Source: Arcobacteraceae bacterium
GTDB lineage: Bacteria; Campylobacterota; Campylobacteria; Campylobacterales; Arcobacteraceae
Length of the DNA stretch: 64,000 nt
Direction of reading: 5' to 3'
Assembly (NCBI GenBank): GCA_048268245.1
Contig: JBLWVX010000008.1
Location: 1-64,000, forward strand
Shown: positions 1-8,922 of the stretch, in pieces
Layout of the letters: each line of letters starts with the position of its first letter
Numbering within the stretch: the stretch's first letter is position 1
Notes under the pieces: model-generated
The model's database searches: none
Told to the model about the DNA's origin: nothing
What the model saw: the letters and a program-made list of their open reading frames with translations, nothing else
Position numbers and translations under genes: made by a program

Positions 1-1
1 C

Positions 2-1543
2 ATAAACCTTACTAGTAATATAAAAGCTAAGCATCATAAAAATGAACAAATACTTTTCTATAAAATACAAACCCAATCTAGTAAGCTTCTATCTTACTTA
101 TTATATGAATATTCAAAAAATAAACAGAACATACTAAATGTACATAAGAAAGTTCAAAACTATATAGAACAAAAAAATTCTCTTGTAAATCTTGATGATA
201 TTTATCAAGAGATAAATAAAGGTTTAGTTCATGAACCTTATAATATTTATATTACTGATGAAAATTTAAAAATTGTTAATACTACCTTCAAACCTGATTT
301 AGGGTTTGATTTGAGTTTTGCAAAAAAAGAATTTGATAAACATAAAAAAGAGAATGTTGTAGGTATCTCTGCTCCAGTATTTGAAACTTATTCAAAGAAC
401 TTTTTTAGTTTTACAGATGCTTATTTAAAAAATAGTTCAAGACTAATGCAAGTAAGTTATAAATATGACCAAACAAATACACTTCAAAAAGATATTAAAG
501 ATATCATAAATCAAAATGAAATTATAGCTGATAGTAATGCTTACATTGTATTTGAAGATGGATACGTTAGTGCCTTTATGTTTAAAGAGTTTGAATCAAA
601 AAAAATAAACAAAGAAGCTATTAAAAATACTATTTCAAAGGCAAAACAATTATCTTCTAAACTTAAAAATCTTGATTTACATATAGAAAAAGTTAATATT
701 GAGAATACAGAGTATAAAAACTATTATTTTAGACATGAAAATCCTATTTTTAAAGATGCAAAAATAGTTTATAGTGTTAAATTTAAACAAGAAAGTTTAA
801 ATAAAGAGATTAAAAACATAAATATATTAACTATCTTTTTAGTAACCATTTTTTTACTTTCTATTTATTTTTTATTAAAGATGAGAGATAAAGAATTATC
901 TTTAACTCAAAAGGACACTTTTATAAAATATTCAGTTCATGAAATAAAAACACCATTAAGTATAATTTCTTTAAACAATCAATTAAGAGAAAAAACTTTA
1001 GGTGAAGATAAATACACAAAAAAAATAAATAGTGCAATAAAAACCCTAAAGAACTCATATGAAGATATGTCATTTTTTATTTCGCAAGATTATATAGATT
1101 ACGACAGAGAAATAATTAATCTAAAAGAACTTCTAAAAAATAGAGTAGAATATTTTAATACAATTGCAATTGAACAAGGAAGAAAAATAACACTTAAAAT
1201 AAAAAATGATTTACTTTTAGATATTTCAAAGACCGAGATATCAAGACTTATAGATAACAATTTATCGAATGCAATAAAATATTCAAAAGTAAAATCAATT
1301 ATAAAAGTTGAACTTATAGAGAATAGTTTAAGATTTTCTACTCAAGGAAAAGGAATTCAAGATACAAAAGCAATTTTTGAAAAATATAGAAGATATGACA
1401 ACTCAATAGGTGGGCATGGTTTAGGATTAAGCATAGTAAAAGATGTAGCTTTAAAAAACAGTATATCTATAGATGTCTCATCAAAAAATGGTGAGAATAT
1501 ATTTGAATATACATTTAATTGCCACAGCGATGACATTTCATAA
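2..1543 (+). CDS. Sensor histidine kinase (5' end outside window)
   Basis: Frame of ORF 311..1543 is open back to base 2. TM segment, H-box HEIKTPL, N-box NNLSNAIKYS, G2 GHGLGL. Confidence 0.9.
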   Translation: MNLTSNIKAKHHKNEQILFYKIQTQSSKLLSYLLYEYSKNKQNILNVHKKVQNYIEQKNSLVNLDDIYQEINKGLVHEPYNIYITDENLKIVNTTFKPDLGFDLSFAKKEFDKHKKENVVGISAPVFETYSKNFFSFTDAYLKNSSRLMQVSYKYDQTNTLQKDIKDIINQNEIIADSNAYIVFEDGYVSAFMFKEFESKKINKEAIKNTISKAKQLSSKLKNLDLHIEKVNIENTEYKNYYFRHENPIFKDAKIVYSVKFKQESLNKEIKNINILTIFLVTIFLLSIYFLLKMRDKELSLTQKDTFIKYSVHEIKTPLSIISLNNQLREKTLGEDKYTKKINSAIKTLKNSYEDMSFFISQDYIDYDREIINLKELLKNRVEYFNTIAIEQGRKITLKIKNDLLLDISKTEISRLIDNNLSNAIKYSKVKSIIKVELIENSLRFSTQGKGIQDTKAIFEKYRRYDNSIGGHGLGLSIVKDVALKNSISIDVSSKNGENIFEYTFNCHSDDIS

Positions 1544-1552
1544 TTATATAAT
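1520..1552 (+). promoter_or_regulatory. Tandem-repeat regulator box plus -10 (variant half-sites)
   Basis: TGCCAC-AGCGA-TGACAT-N10-TATAAT just upstream of the response regulator at 1559. Confidence 0.5.
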
Positions 1553-1558
1553 TTAAAA

Positions 1559-2212
1559 ATGAAGATATTATTATTAGAAGATGATTATAGTTTAAATGAA
1601 GCTATAAAAGAAACTCTTGAAAGTCAAGATTATATAGTAGAAAGTTTTTATGATGGTCTTGAAGCTTACTCAAATATATCAAATAACTATGACTTATTTA
1701 TTTTAGATATAAACACACCATCTATTGAAGGTTTAGATATTTTATCTCACATAAAGTCAATCAATATAAACTCAAATGTAATCATGATTAGTGCTATTAT
1801 AGATATTTTAAAGATAAAAGAAGCCTATGATTTAGGATGTGATGACTATATAAAAAAACCTTTTGAAATAGAAGAACTTTTGTTTAAAGTTCAAAGATTA
1901 GAAAAATCAAGTCTAAACAAAAGTATTTTTAAAATTAACTCCTCAATGTACTTTTGTAGAAATAAAAAAGAGCTAATTATAGAAAATCAAAAATGTAAGC
2001 TAACAAAAAATGAAAAAAACTTCTTATACCTACTAATCTCAAATAAAAGTAATATTATAAATCATGAACAAATAGAAAACTTTGTTTATCAAGGGGAGTC
2101 AAAAAGCTCAGATGCTGTAAGAAGTATGGTTAAAAGACTAAGAAAGAAAATACCTTATGACTTAATAGAAAATGTTTTAGAAGAAGGGTATCAGTTAAAA
2201 GTTAAACTATAA
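1559..2212 (+). CDS. OmpR/PhoB-family response regulator
   Basis: MKILLLEDD receiver, D-phospho site, KPF, C-terminal winged helix (RLRKKI...GY). Confidence 0.93.
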   Translation: MKILLLEDDYSLNEAIKETLESQDYIVESFYDGLEAYSNISNNYDLFILDINTPSIEGLDILSHIKSININSNVIMISAIIDILKIKEAYDLGCDDYIKKPFEIEELLFKVQRLEKSSLNKSIFKINSSMYFCRNKKELIIENQKCKLTKNEKNFLYLLISNKSNIINHEQIENFVYQGESKSSDAVRSMVKRLRKKIPYDLIENVLEEGYQLKVKL

Positions 2213-2888
2213 CTTTTAATTGATATAACTCTTTTAAAGGTTCTTCTAAAACCTCTATAGCTTCATTTAAATCTATATCATTTTGTTTACAAAGTTTTTT
2301 AAGAGTTTTTTTGATTGATTCTTTCTTATTTAGATTTTTTAAAAGAGCATATAAAAACTCATTTACCTCTCTAAATAGTACCTCATCACTTGAAAAGTCG
2401 TAGTATATTACTGTAAAGTTTTCTCTTTTTTCTTCATAATTTGTATTTATAATATCATATTTAAATCTTTTGATTCTAGAGCTTTTACTTAAAGAGTATG
2501 AACTATCCCATGAAAACTCTTTTTGCTTTTTTACTTTATACTCTTTCATTAGAAGTTCTAACTCTATCCAGTCAAAATATAAAAGTTCATATAAATATTT
2601 TCTATCATGAAATAGTCTGTTTTTTTTCACCATTTTTCTATAATCATTTGCTATTTGCCAAACAAAAGGAGTTGAAGGTGGATTTTTCATAAATAAGTAC
2701 AGAGTCTCTTCTAACTCTTTTGCTGATATATATTTTAAAAAAAGAGGAAAGGTATTATTGATAATCTCTTCATATCTATAAAATACTAACTTTTGATAAA
2801 TACCAAAAGCATTTGAGCTTGGATTTTCTTTTTGATTAGAAATAATATCAAAAAATCTATCTTCTACATCTCTTTCTAATTTAGCCAT
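2202..2888 (-). CDS. DUF2063-family MNIO partner protein (HvfC/BufC-like)
   Basis: IYQKLVFYR...FP...YELLYFDWIELEL pattern; overlaps the DUF692 stop codon. Confidence 0.8.
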   Translation of the reverse strand: MAKLERDVEDRFFDIISNQKENPSSNAFGIYQKLVFYRYEEIINNTFPLFLKYISAKELEETLYLFMKNPPSTPFVWQIANDYRKMVKKNRLFHDRKYLYELLYFDWIELELLMKEYKVKKQKEFSWDSSYSLSKSSRIKRFKYDIINTNYEEKRENFTVIYYDFSSDEVLFREVNEFLYALLKNLNKKESIKKTLKKLCKQNDIDLNEAIEVLEEPLKELYQLKVIV

Positions 2889-3702
2889 TTCTAACTTCTT
2901 TACAAATCTTTCTCATTTGTTTATACTCACTTATTAACTCTTCTAAAGGAGGTATATTATTATCTCTCTCTATCATAACAGGAGCATCTACTTGCTTTAA
3001 AGTATAATCCAAAAGCTTCCATACACCCTTGTCTATTGGCATTCCATGAGAGTCTATCTTCATATTTGCTTCTTCATCAAAATAATGCCCTGCCATGTGC
3101 ATGTAAGCTACTTTACTTTTATCTATTTGATCTATAAATCTTCTTGCTTTAAAACCATGATTTACAGAGTTTACAAATACATTGTTTACATCAAGAAGCA
3201 TTTTAGCACCTGATTTCTCCATAACTTCGTTTATAAAATCAACTTCTGCCATTTCACTGTAAGGTACTAAATAATAAGTAGCATTTTCAAGTATCAAATT
3301 TCTTTGAATAATATCCTCAACCTCTTTTACCCTATCACTTATAACTTCAATCATTTTTTTAGTCATAGGAACAGGTAATAATTCATAGGATTGTTTATTA
3401 TCTAATGATGAAAAACTTAGATGTTCAGAATAGTATTCAATATTGTATCTATCTAAAAAAGTTTTGATCTGTTTGACAAACTTTTTATTTAGTTTGTCAA
3501 CAGACCCAATTGATAGAGATAAACCATGAGCTATAGTTGGTCTTTCAAAAACTGCTTGCTCAAAAGATTTTTCAAAAAGTTTTGGCATATGCATCCAGTT
3601 TTCAGGAGTTACTTCCCAAAAATCTGGTCTAAACTTTGTATCTTTTAAATCAAGCAGAAAATCGCTTCTAAGTCCTAAGCCACAGCCTTTTAAATTTATC
3701 AT
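2881..3702 (-). CDS. DUF692 multinuclear non-heme iron oxidase (MNIO, HvfB/BufB-like)
   Basis: GLGLR, EVTPENW, HGLSLSIGS, YSEHLSF, LILEN, LLDVNNVFVNSVNHG, HMAGH, IDSHG, IERD motifs. Confidence 0.95.
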   Translation of the reverse strand: MINLKGCGLGLRSDFLLDLKDTKFRPDFWEVTPENWMHMPKLFEKSFEQAVFERPTIAHGLSLSIGSVDKLNKKFVKQIKTFLDRYNIEYYSEHLSFSSLDNKQSYELLPVPMTKKMIEVISDRVKEVEDIIQRNLILENATYYLVPYSEMAEVDFINEVMEKSGAKMLLDVNNVFVNSVNHGFKARRFIDQIDKSKVAYMHMAGHYFDEEANMKIDSHGMPIDKGVWKLLDYTLKQVDAPVMIERDNNIPPLEELISEYKQMRKICKEVRNG

Positions 3703-3720
3703 CTAATCATCTTCTCCGTT

Positions 3721-4071
3721 TCATCCACATTTACCAGCGCCACAAGCACCAGTTGCTTTTTTCTCAGTTTTTTTCATGTCGCCACCACATTTTCCAGCTC
3801 CACAAGCACCTTTTTTCATATCTTTCTTCATGTCACTTTTCATGTCACCACCACATTTTCCAGCTCCACAAGCACCTTTTTTCATATCTTTCTTCATGTC
3901 GCTTTTCATGTCACCACCACATTTTCCAGCTCCACAAGCACCTTTCTTTTCCATTTTCTTAGTTTCACCACCACATTTTCCAGCTCCACAAGATCCACTT
4001 CCTGCAAACGCAGCAGATGTTGAAAGTGCTGCTCCTAGCATAATTCCTGCTAATTTCATTTTTTTACTCAT
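3721..4071 (-). CDS. Exported Cys-repeat RiPP precursor (HvfA/oxazolin-like KCG family)
   Basis: Sec-type signal ending AAFA; five G[S/A]CGAGKCG units (10 Cys) with Met/Lys/Asp linkers; directly upstream of DUF692. Confidence 0.88.
   Translation of the reverse strand: MSKKMKLAGIMLGAALSTSAAFAGSGSCGAGKCGGETKKMEKKGACGAGKCGGDMKSDMKKDMKKGACGAGKCGGDMKSDMKKDMKKGACGAGKCGGDMKKTEKKATGACGAGKCG
3724..3999 (-). repeat. Intragenic tandem repeat (66-bp/22-aa core unit)
   Basis: ccacattttccagctccacaag-type unit recurs five times (one copy slightly diverged); GACGAGKCGGDMKSDMKKDMKK occurs twice exactly. Confidence 0.95.
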
Positions 4072-4100
4072 TTCTTATCCTTTTATTTAAATTTAATTTT

Positions 4101-4679
4101 TTATTTTTCTACTGCTTGTACTTCTACTTGAATTTTTACATTCTCACCAACAGCTACACCACCAAGCTCTAAAGCTTTATTCCATTTTAGGTCATAATCA
4201 AATCTATTAATTTTACCCTCAAGAGTGAAACCAACTCTTGTATTTCCTTCAAAGTCTTTGATTGTTGCTAAATCATCAACTTCTAAAGTAACTGGTTTAG
4301 TAATACCTCTAATAGTTAAGTCTCCTTTCATTTCCCCTTCATCACCATCAGCTTTATATGATTTCATCACAAAAGTCATTTTAGGAAATTTTTCTGATAA
4401 GAAGAAGTCTTCACTTTTTAAGTGATTATCTCTTTTTACTATTCCTGTATCAACAGATGCTGTATCAACTGTTGCTTTAAAAGTATTAAAAGTTTTAGTT
4501 TTACTATCAAAATCTATTACTGCATCGTATTTCTTAAAATCACCCTTAACATTAGTAATCATTAAGTGTTTTACAGAAAAACCTACACTTGTATGAGAGC
4601 CATCTAAGTTATATGGTGTTGCAAATGCCACACCTGCTGTTAATACAGCTGTACCTAAAAGCTTACTAAAAAATCCCAT
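4101..4679 (-). CDS. yceI: YceI-family periplasmic lipid/polyisoprenoid-binding protein
   Basis: Signal peptide; HTSVGFSVKHL, RDNHLKSEDFF, GDLTIRGITKPV motifs. Confidence 0.92.
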   Translation of the reverse strand: MGFFSKLLGTAVLTAGVAFATPYNLDGSHTSVGFSVKHLMITNVKGDFKKYDAVIDFDSKTKTFNTFKATVDTASVDTGIVKRDNHLKSEDFFLSEKFPKMTFVMKSYKADGDEGEMKGDLTIRGITKPVTLEVDDLATIKDFEGNTRVGFTLEGKINRFDYDLKWNKALELGGVAVGENVKIQVEVQAVEK

Positions 4680-4720
4680 TTTGTCTCCTTTTATTAACCC
4701 TTATTTGTTTTGATAAAAGA

Positions 4721-4753
4721 ATTTTATATTTTTTTTGTGTAGTTAATGTTAAG
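4721..4753 (-). promoter_or_regulatory. Copper-island box plus -10 for the yceI-RiPP operon
   Basis: Minus strand CTTAAC-ATTAA-CTACAC-N10-TAAAAT; first half-site degenerate. Confidence 0.62.
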
Positions 4754-4783
4754 TAGTCACTAAACTTATAACTTTAGTGACTA
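4754..4783 (-). terminator. Hairpin at end of cusA
   Basis: tagtcactaaa / tttagtgacta 11-bp inverted repeat overlapping the cusA stop; no clear U tract. Confidence 0.5.
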
Positions 4784-7700
4784 ACTGTAATATCTTTTAA
4801 CTTATCACCTTTATAAATTGCATATATATAAAAAATCGCAGGAATAATGATAAGAGTTAATAAAGCTGAACTAACCATCCCACCTATCATTGGTGCTGCA
4901 ATTCTTTGCATAACTTCACTTCCTACTCCATCTATATACATAATAGGAATTAAACCACCTAAGATTGCAAATAATGTCATAAGTTTAGGTCTTAGCCTTA
5001 ATACTGCACCTTTATAAATACCATGGAATATATGCTCTTTTGTAAACTCAATTTGCTTTTTAACTAACTCATTCATAGCTTCATGTAAATAAACAAGCAT
5101 TACAATAGAAGTTTCAGCAGCAACCCCTAAAAGAGCTAGGAAACCAACTATTACAGCAATAGAGATATTAAAGTTTAGATAATCTAAATAGAATATCCCA
5201 CCTGTTAGTGCAAATGGCAATGTAAAAAATATTATTATGGTATAAGTAATATTTCTTAATGCAAAATATATCAAAATAAAAATAATCACAAACGTTAAAG
5301 GAATAATATAAGTAAGTCTTTTCATTGCTGACTCAAGATATTCACTTTGTCCTGCCCACTCAAGATAATACCCCTCAGGAAGCTTTATATCTTTTAATAT
5401 ACTAATAGCTTCATCTTTATACTGTTTTGATGAAATACCATTTTTTGGCGTGATATAAATAAAGTTTACATTTAAAGCCTTCTCTGATTTAATCACAGAT
5501 GGCCCTTCTTCATAATATAAATCTGCAAACATTTCTAAAGGTTGAAAACCTAGTTTTGTTTTAACTTGAAGATTTTTTAAAGCTGTAATATCTTCTCTTT
5601 GAGCTGTTTCATATCTTAGACTTATTGGATATCGCTCTAAACCATCAATAAAAGTTGAGATTTTACTTCCTGCAACTCCTAAACTTATAGTTGATAAAAT
5701 ATCATTTTTACTAATTCCATATCTTGATAAAAGCTCTTCTTTTACATTGATATTTAAATAATATCCAGAATTAATTTTATCAGTTGATACAGATAAAGTT
5801 TTATCAAAAGCTTTTAATTTTTGTTCTATTAATCCTGCTGTTTCTTCTAACTGCTCATGACCACTACCATAAAGTTTAATTCCAAGAGGTGTTCTAATAC
5901 CTGTTAAAAGCATATCAATTCTTCCTCTAATAGGGTATGTCCAAGAGTTAATAAGGCCTGCTATTCTTAGTTTTTCATCCATTTCTTGCATAAGTTTTTT
6001 ATATGTCATACCCTCACGCCATTGATCTTGAGGCTTAAAAGTAATAATAGTTTCAATCATTGCAAGTGGTGCTGGGTCTGTTGCACTATCAGCTCGACCT
6101 GCTTTTCCAAATACTGTATCAACTTCAGGAAAAGATTTGATAATTTTATCTGTTTTATTTGTAAGTTCCCTTGATAAATCAACTCCTATTCCATAAGGAG
6201 TTACAGGCATATACATAAAAGTTTGTTCATTCATCATTGGCATAAATTCCCAGTTTTGTTTTTTGTACACTGGGTATGCAGCTATTAGTGTTCCTATAAA
6301 ACCTAAAACTATTAAATATCTCATTCTAAGAGATGTTTTTAAGATAGGAGAATATAAAAGTGTAAAGAATCTATTTAAGATATTTTTATTCTCACTTAGT
6401 ATTTTTCCTTTTATTAAGAACACCATTAAAATAGGCACTAAAGTAATAGATAAAATAGCCCCTGCTATCATGGCAAAAGTTTTTGTAAATGCTAGTGGAG
6501 TAAATAATCTTCCCTCTTGTCCTGTTAAAGCAAATATTGGTAGGAAAGATACCACAACTAAAATAAGTGCGAAAAAGATTGGACGCCCTACTTGTTTTGC
6601 AGATTTTATTATAATCTCTACTCTCTCTTTATTAGAAATATTCTCTTTTCCTTGTAAATACTTGTGAGCATTTTCTACCATAACTATTGTTGCATCTACC
6701 ATTGCTCCAATAGCAATAGCAATACCACCTAAACTCATAATATTTGAACCCATTCCAAATAGTTTCATTAGTAAAAAAGTAATTAAAACAGTAATAGGTA
6801 AAGTAATGATAATAATCAATGCACTTCTAAAGTGGAATAAAAACAAGGCACTAACAATGATAACTATAATAGACTCTTCAATAAGAGTGTTTTTTAAAGT
6901 ATCAATAGCCTTATCAATAAGTGAAGACCTATCATAAGTTTCGACTACTTCAACACCCTCAACCTTTAAAGTTTCTAACTTTTTCTTTACGGCTTTTATT
7001 ACAGCATAAGGATTCTCTCCATATCTTACTACTACTATTCCACCAACTGTATCACCCTGTCCATTTAAATCAGCCATACCTCTTCTATTTGTAGAAGTTA
7101 TGTTTACATCAGCTATATCTTTTATTTTTAAAGGTGTACTATTTAAAGTTTTGATTGTAATATTTTCAATATCAACAACACTTTGTAAATAACCTTTGGC
7201 TTGAATCATATGCTCAAAACCATTTTCTAAAACTATTCTTCCACCTTTTTCATCATTATTTGAAGTAAGAGCTTTTTTTATTTCATCTACACTTAAATCA
7301 TATTGCACTAGTTTATCTTGGTTTAAAGTAATCTCATAGTTTTTTATAAAACCGCCAATTGAAGCTATTTCACTAACCCCATCAACACCTAAAAGTGCAT
7401 ATTTATAATAGTAATCTTGTAGAGTTCTTAACTCATCAAGAGATTTAGTATCTGATTTTAAAGCATACTCATAAGCCCAACCAACACCTGTAGCATCTGG
7501 ACCAATAGCTACATTTACACCAGTAGGGAATGTTCCTTGAAGTTGAGACAACTGCTCCAAAATTCTGTTTCTTGAATCATATAAATCAGTACCATCTTTA
7601 AAAATGATATAAATCAAAGCATTTTGAAAAGAACTCATTGCTCTTACTGTTTCAATATTTGGTAAACTCATAAGATTTGAAATCAAAGGATATGACACTT

Positions 7701-7890
7701 GTTCTTCAATAGTCTTAGGACTTTGTCCTGGCCATTTAACTTGTACAATTACCTGAGGTGGCGATAAATCAGGGATTGCATCAAGAGATGTATTTTTTAC
7801 TGCCCAAAAAGAAGCAAAACTTAAAACTATTACAGAAAACAATATTAAAAATTTATTTTTTATACTATATGAAATTATATTTTCAACCAT
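4774..7890 (-). CDS. cusA: CusA/CzcA heavy-metal efflux RND permease (Cu/Ag type)
   Basis: LDAIPDLS, GPDATGVGW, GIAIAIGAMVDA, DPAPLAMIET, RLRPKLMT motifs; 1038 aa. Confidence 0.95.
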   Translation of the reverse strand: MVENIISYSIKNKFLILFSVIVLSFASFWAVKNTSLDAIPDLSPPQVIVQVKWPGQSPKTIEEQVSYPLISNLMSLPNIETVRAMSSFQNALIYIIFKDGTDLYDSRNRILEQLSQLQGTFPTGVNVAIGPDATGVGWAYEYALKSDTKSLDELRTLQDYYYKYALLGVDGVSEIASIGGFIKNYEITLNQDKLVQYDLSVDEIKKALTSNNDEKGGRIVLENGFEHMIQAKGYLQSVVDIENITIKTLNSTPLKIKDIADVNITSTNRRGMADLNGQGDTVGGIVVVRYGENPYAVIKAVKKKLETLKVEGVEVVETYDRSSLIDKAIDTLKNTLIEESIIVIIVSALFLFHFRSALIIIITLPITVLITFLLMKLFGMGSNIMSLGGIAIAIGAMVDATIVMVENAHKYLQGKENISNKERVEIIIKSAKQVGRPIFFALILVVVSFLPIFALTGQEGRLFTPLAFTKTFAMIAGAILSITLVPILMVFLIKGKILSENKNILNRFFTLLYSPILKTSLRMRYLIVLGFIGTLIAAYPVYKKQNWEFMPMMNEQTFMYMPVTPYGIGVDLSRELTNKTDKIIKSFPEVDTVFGKAGRADSATDPAPLAMIETIITFKPQDQWREGMTYKKLMQEMDEKLRIAGLINSWTYPIRGRIDMLLTGIRTPLGIKLYGSGHEQLEETAGLIEQKLKAFDKTLSVSTDKINSGYYLNINVKEELLSRYGISKNDILSTISLGVAGSKISTFIDGLERYPISLRYETAQREDITALKNLQVKTKLGFQPLEMFADLYYEEGPSVIKSEKALNVNFIYITPKNGISSKQYKDEAISILKDIKLPEGYYLEWAGQSEYLESAMKRLTYIIPLTFVIIFILIYFALRNITYTIIIFFTLPFALTGGIFYLDYLNFNISIAVIVGFLALLGVAAETSIVMLVYLHEAMNELVKKQIEFTKEHIFHGIYKGAVLRLRPKLMTLFAILGGLIPIMYIDGVGSEVMQRIAAPMIGGMVSSALLTLIIIPAIFYIYAIYKGDKLKDITVSH

Positions 7891-7899
7891 GATATATTC

Positions 7900-8919
7900 C
7901 TACCATTCATCATCTGAATCAGAGTCATAAAGTGCATTTGTAATTGCATCTGAATCTAATAAGAATAATGCATTGTTTATTACCTCATCCCCTTCTTCTA
8001 AGCCATCAAGTATTTCGTACTTATAAGAAGACAGTCTTTTTGCTTCAACCTTTACAGGTTCAAACTCTTTTTTTGAAATAGGTTTAAATACATAATATTC
8101 ACTTCCTTTTGATAGAACTGCTGTTTTAGGAAGTGTGAGCATTGTTTTTTGTGTTGATTTTAATTTTACTGTTCCAAACATATTTGGATAAAGTTTTAAA
8201 TCCTTGTTATCAACTATAAATCTTACATCAATACTTTTATCTTTTTCATCAACATTTGGATAAATATAGTCAAGTTTTGTTTTAATAGGAGTAGCTAATC
8301 CATCTACATAAACTGAAGCTTCCATCTTATCTTTTAAAAACCCTAAATCTTTTTGATAAATATTTGCTATAAACCATAGTTTTTCTATATTTGCAAGTTG
8401 TAATAAAAGGTTACCTTTTTTGATGGCACCTTTATCATTTATATTTTTTTGTAAAACTATTGCATTTATAGGTGAGTACACTTTTACACCATTATATGAA
8501 AGTTTATTTCTTTTAATTTTCTCTAACTCTTTTTTATTTATATCTAAAGCTTTTAACTTTTCAAGAGTACTTAAGTAAAGGGGTTTATTAACTTTTTTTG
8601 CGATTTGCAACTCTTTTTGAATTGAGTAAATCTCATCTGAATAAACTTGAAAAAGCTCTTCGTTTTTATTTACTATCATAAAAGTTTTGTTTGCATTTAA
8701 ATTTGTAATATATCCATCAAATCTAGTAACCACATCATCTACTTTTGATTCATCAATTGCCATCTTTCCATAAAAGCTTTTTGTTATTGAAACCTCTTCT
8801 TGTTTTACTTTTACTGTTTTACGATTGAAAAGCTGTTCTACTTCTATAATTTTTGCATTTAAACTTGTAAAAATAAACAGTGATAAAAAAATCGCACTTT
8901 TAATATAATATTTTTGCAT
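7900..8919 (-). CDS. RND periplasmic adaptor (CusB/CzcB-like)
   Basis: Signal peptide, DYIYP, LYPNMF, GLEEGDEV, ALFLLDS; upstream of cusA. Confidence 0.9.
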   Translation of the reverse strand: MQKYYIKSAIFLSLFIFTSLNAKIIEVEQLFNRKTVKVKQEEVSITKSFYGKMAIDESKVDDVVTRFDGYITNLNANKTFMIVNKNEELFQVYSDEIYSIQKELQIAKKVNKPLYLSTLEKLKALDINKKELEKIKRNKLSYNGVKVYSPINAIVLQKNINDKGAIKKGNLLLQLANIEKLWFIANIYQKDLGFLKDKMEASVYVDGLATPIKTKLDYIYPNVDEKDKSIDVRFIVDNKDLKLYPNMFGTVKLKSTQKTMLTLPKTAVLSKGSEYYVFKPISKKEFEPVKVEAKRLSSYKYEILDGLEEGDEVINNALFLLDSDAITNALYDSDSDDEW

Positions 8920-8922
8920 TTA

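Noticed and set aside
3703..3723. TGA stop of the precursor as possible selenocysteine
   Set aside because: TGA follows a complete KCG, is not at a Cys position, and read-through adds only five residues; no SECIS-like hairpin recognised.
3724..3999. Regularly spaced repeats resembling a CRISPR array
   Set aside because: Repeats are in-frame coding units of the RiPP precursor, two spacers are near-identical, and no cas genes are present.
3753..4090. Plus-strand ORFs 3753..3962 and 3776..4090 with repetitive His/Pro content
   Set aside because: Antisense shadows of the precursor repeat.
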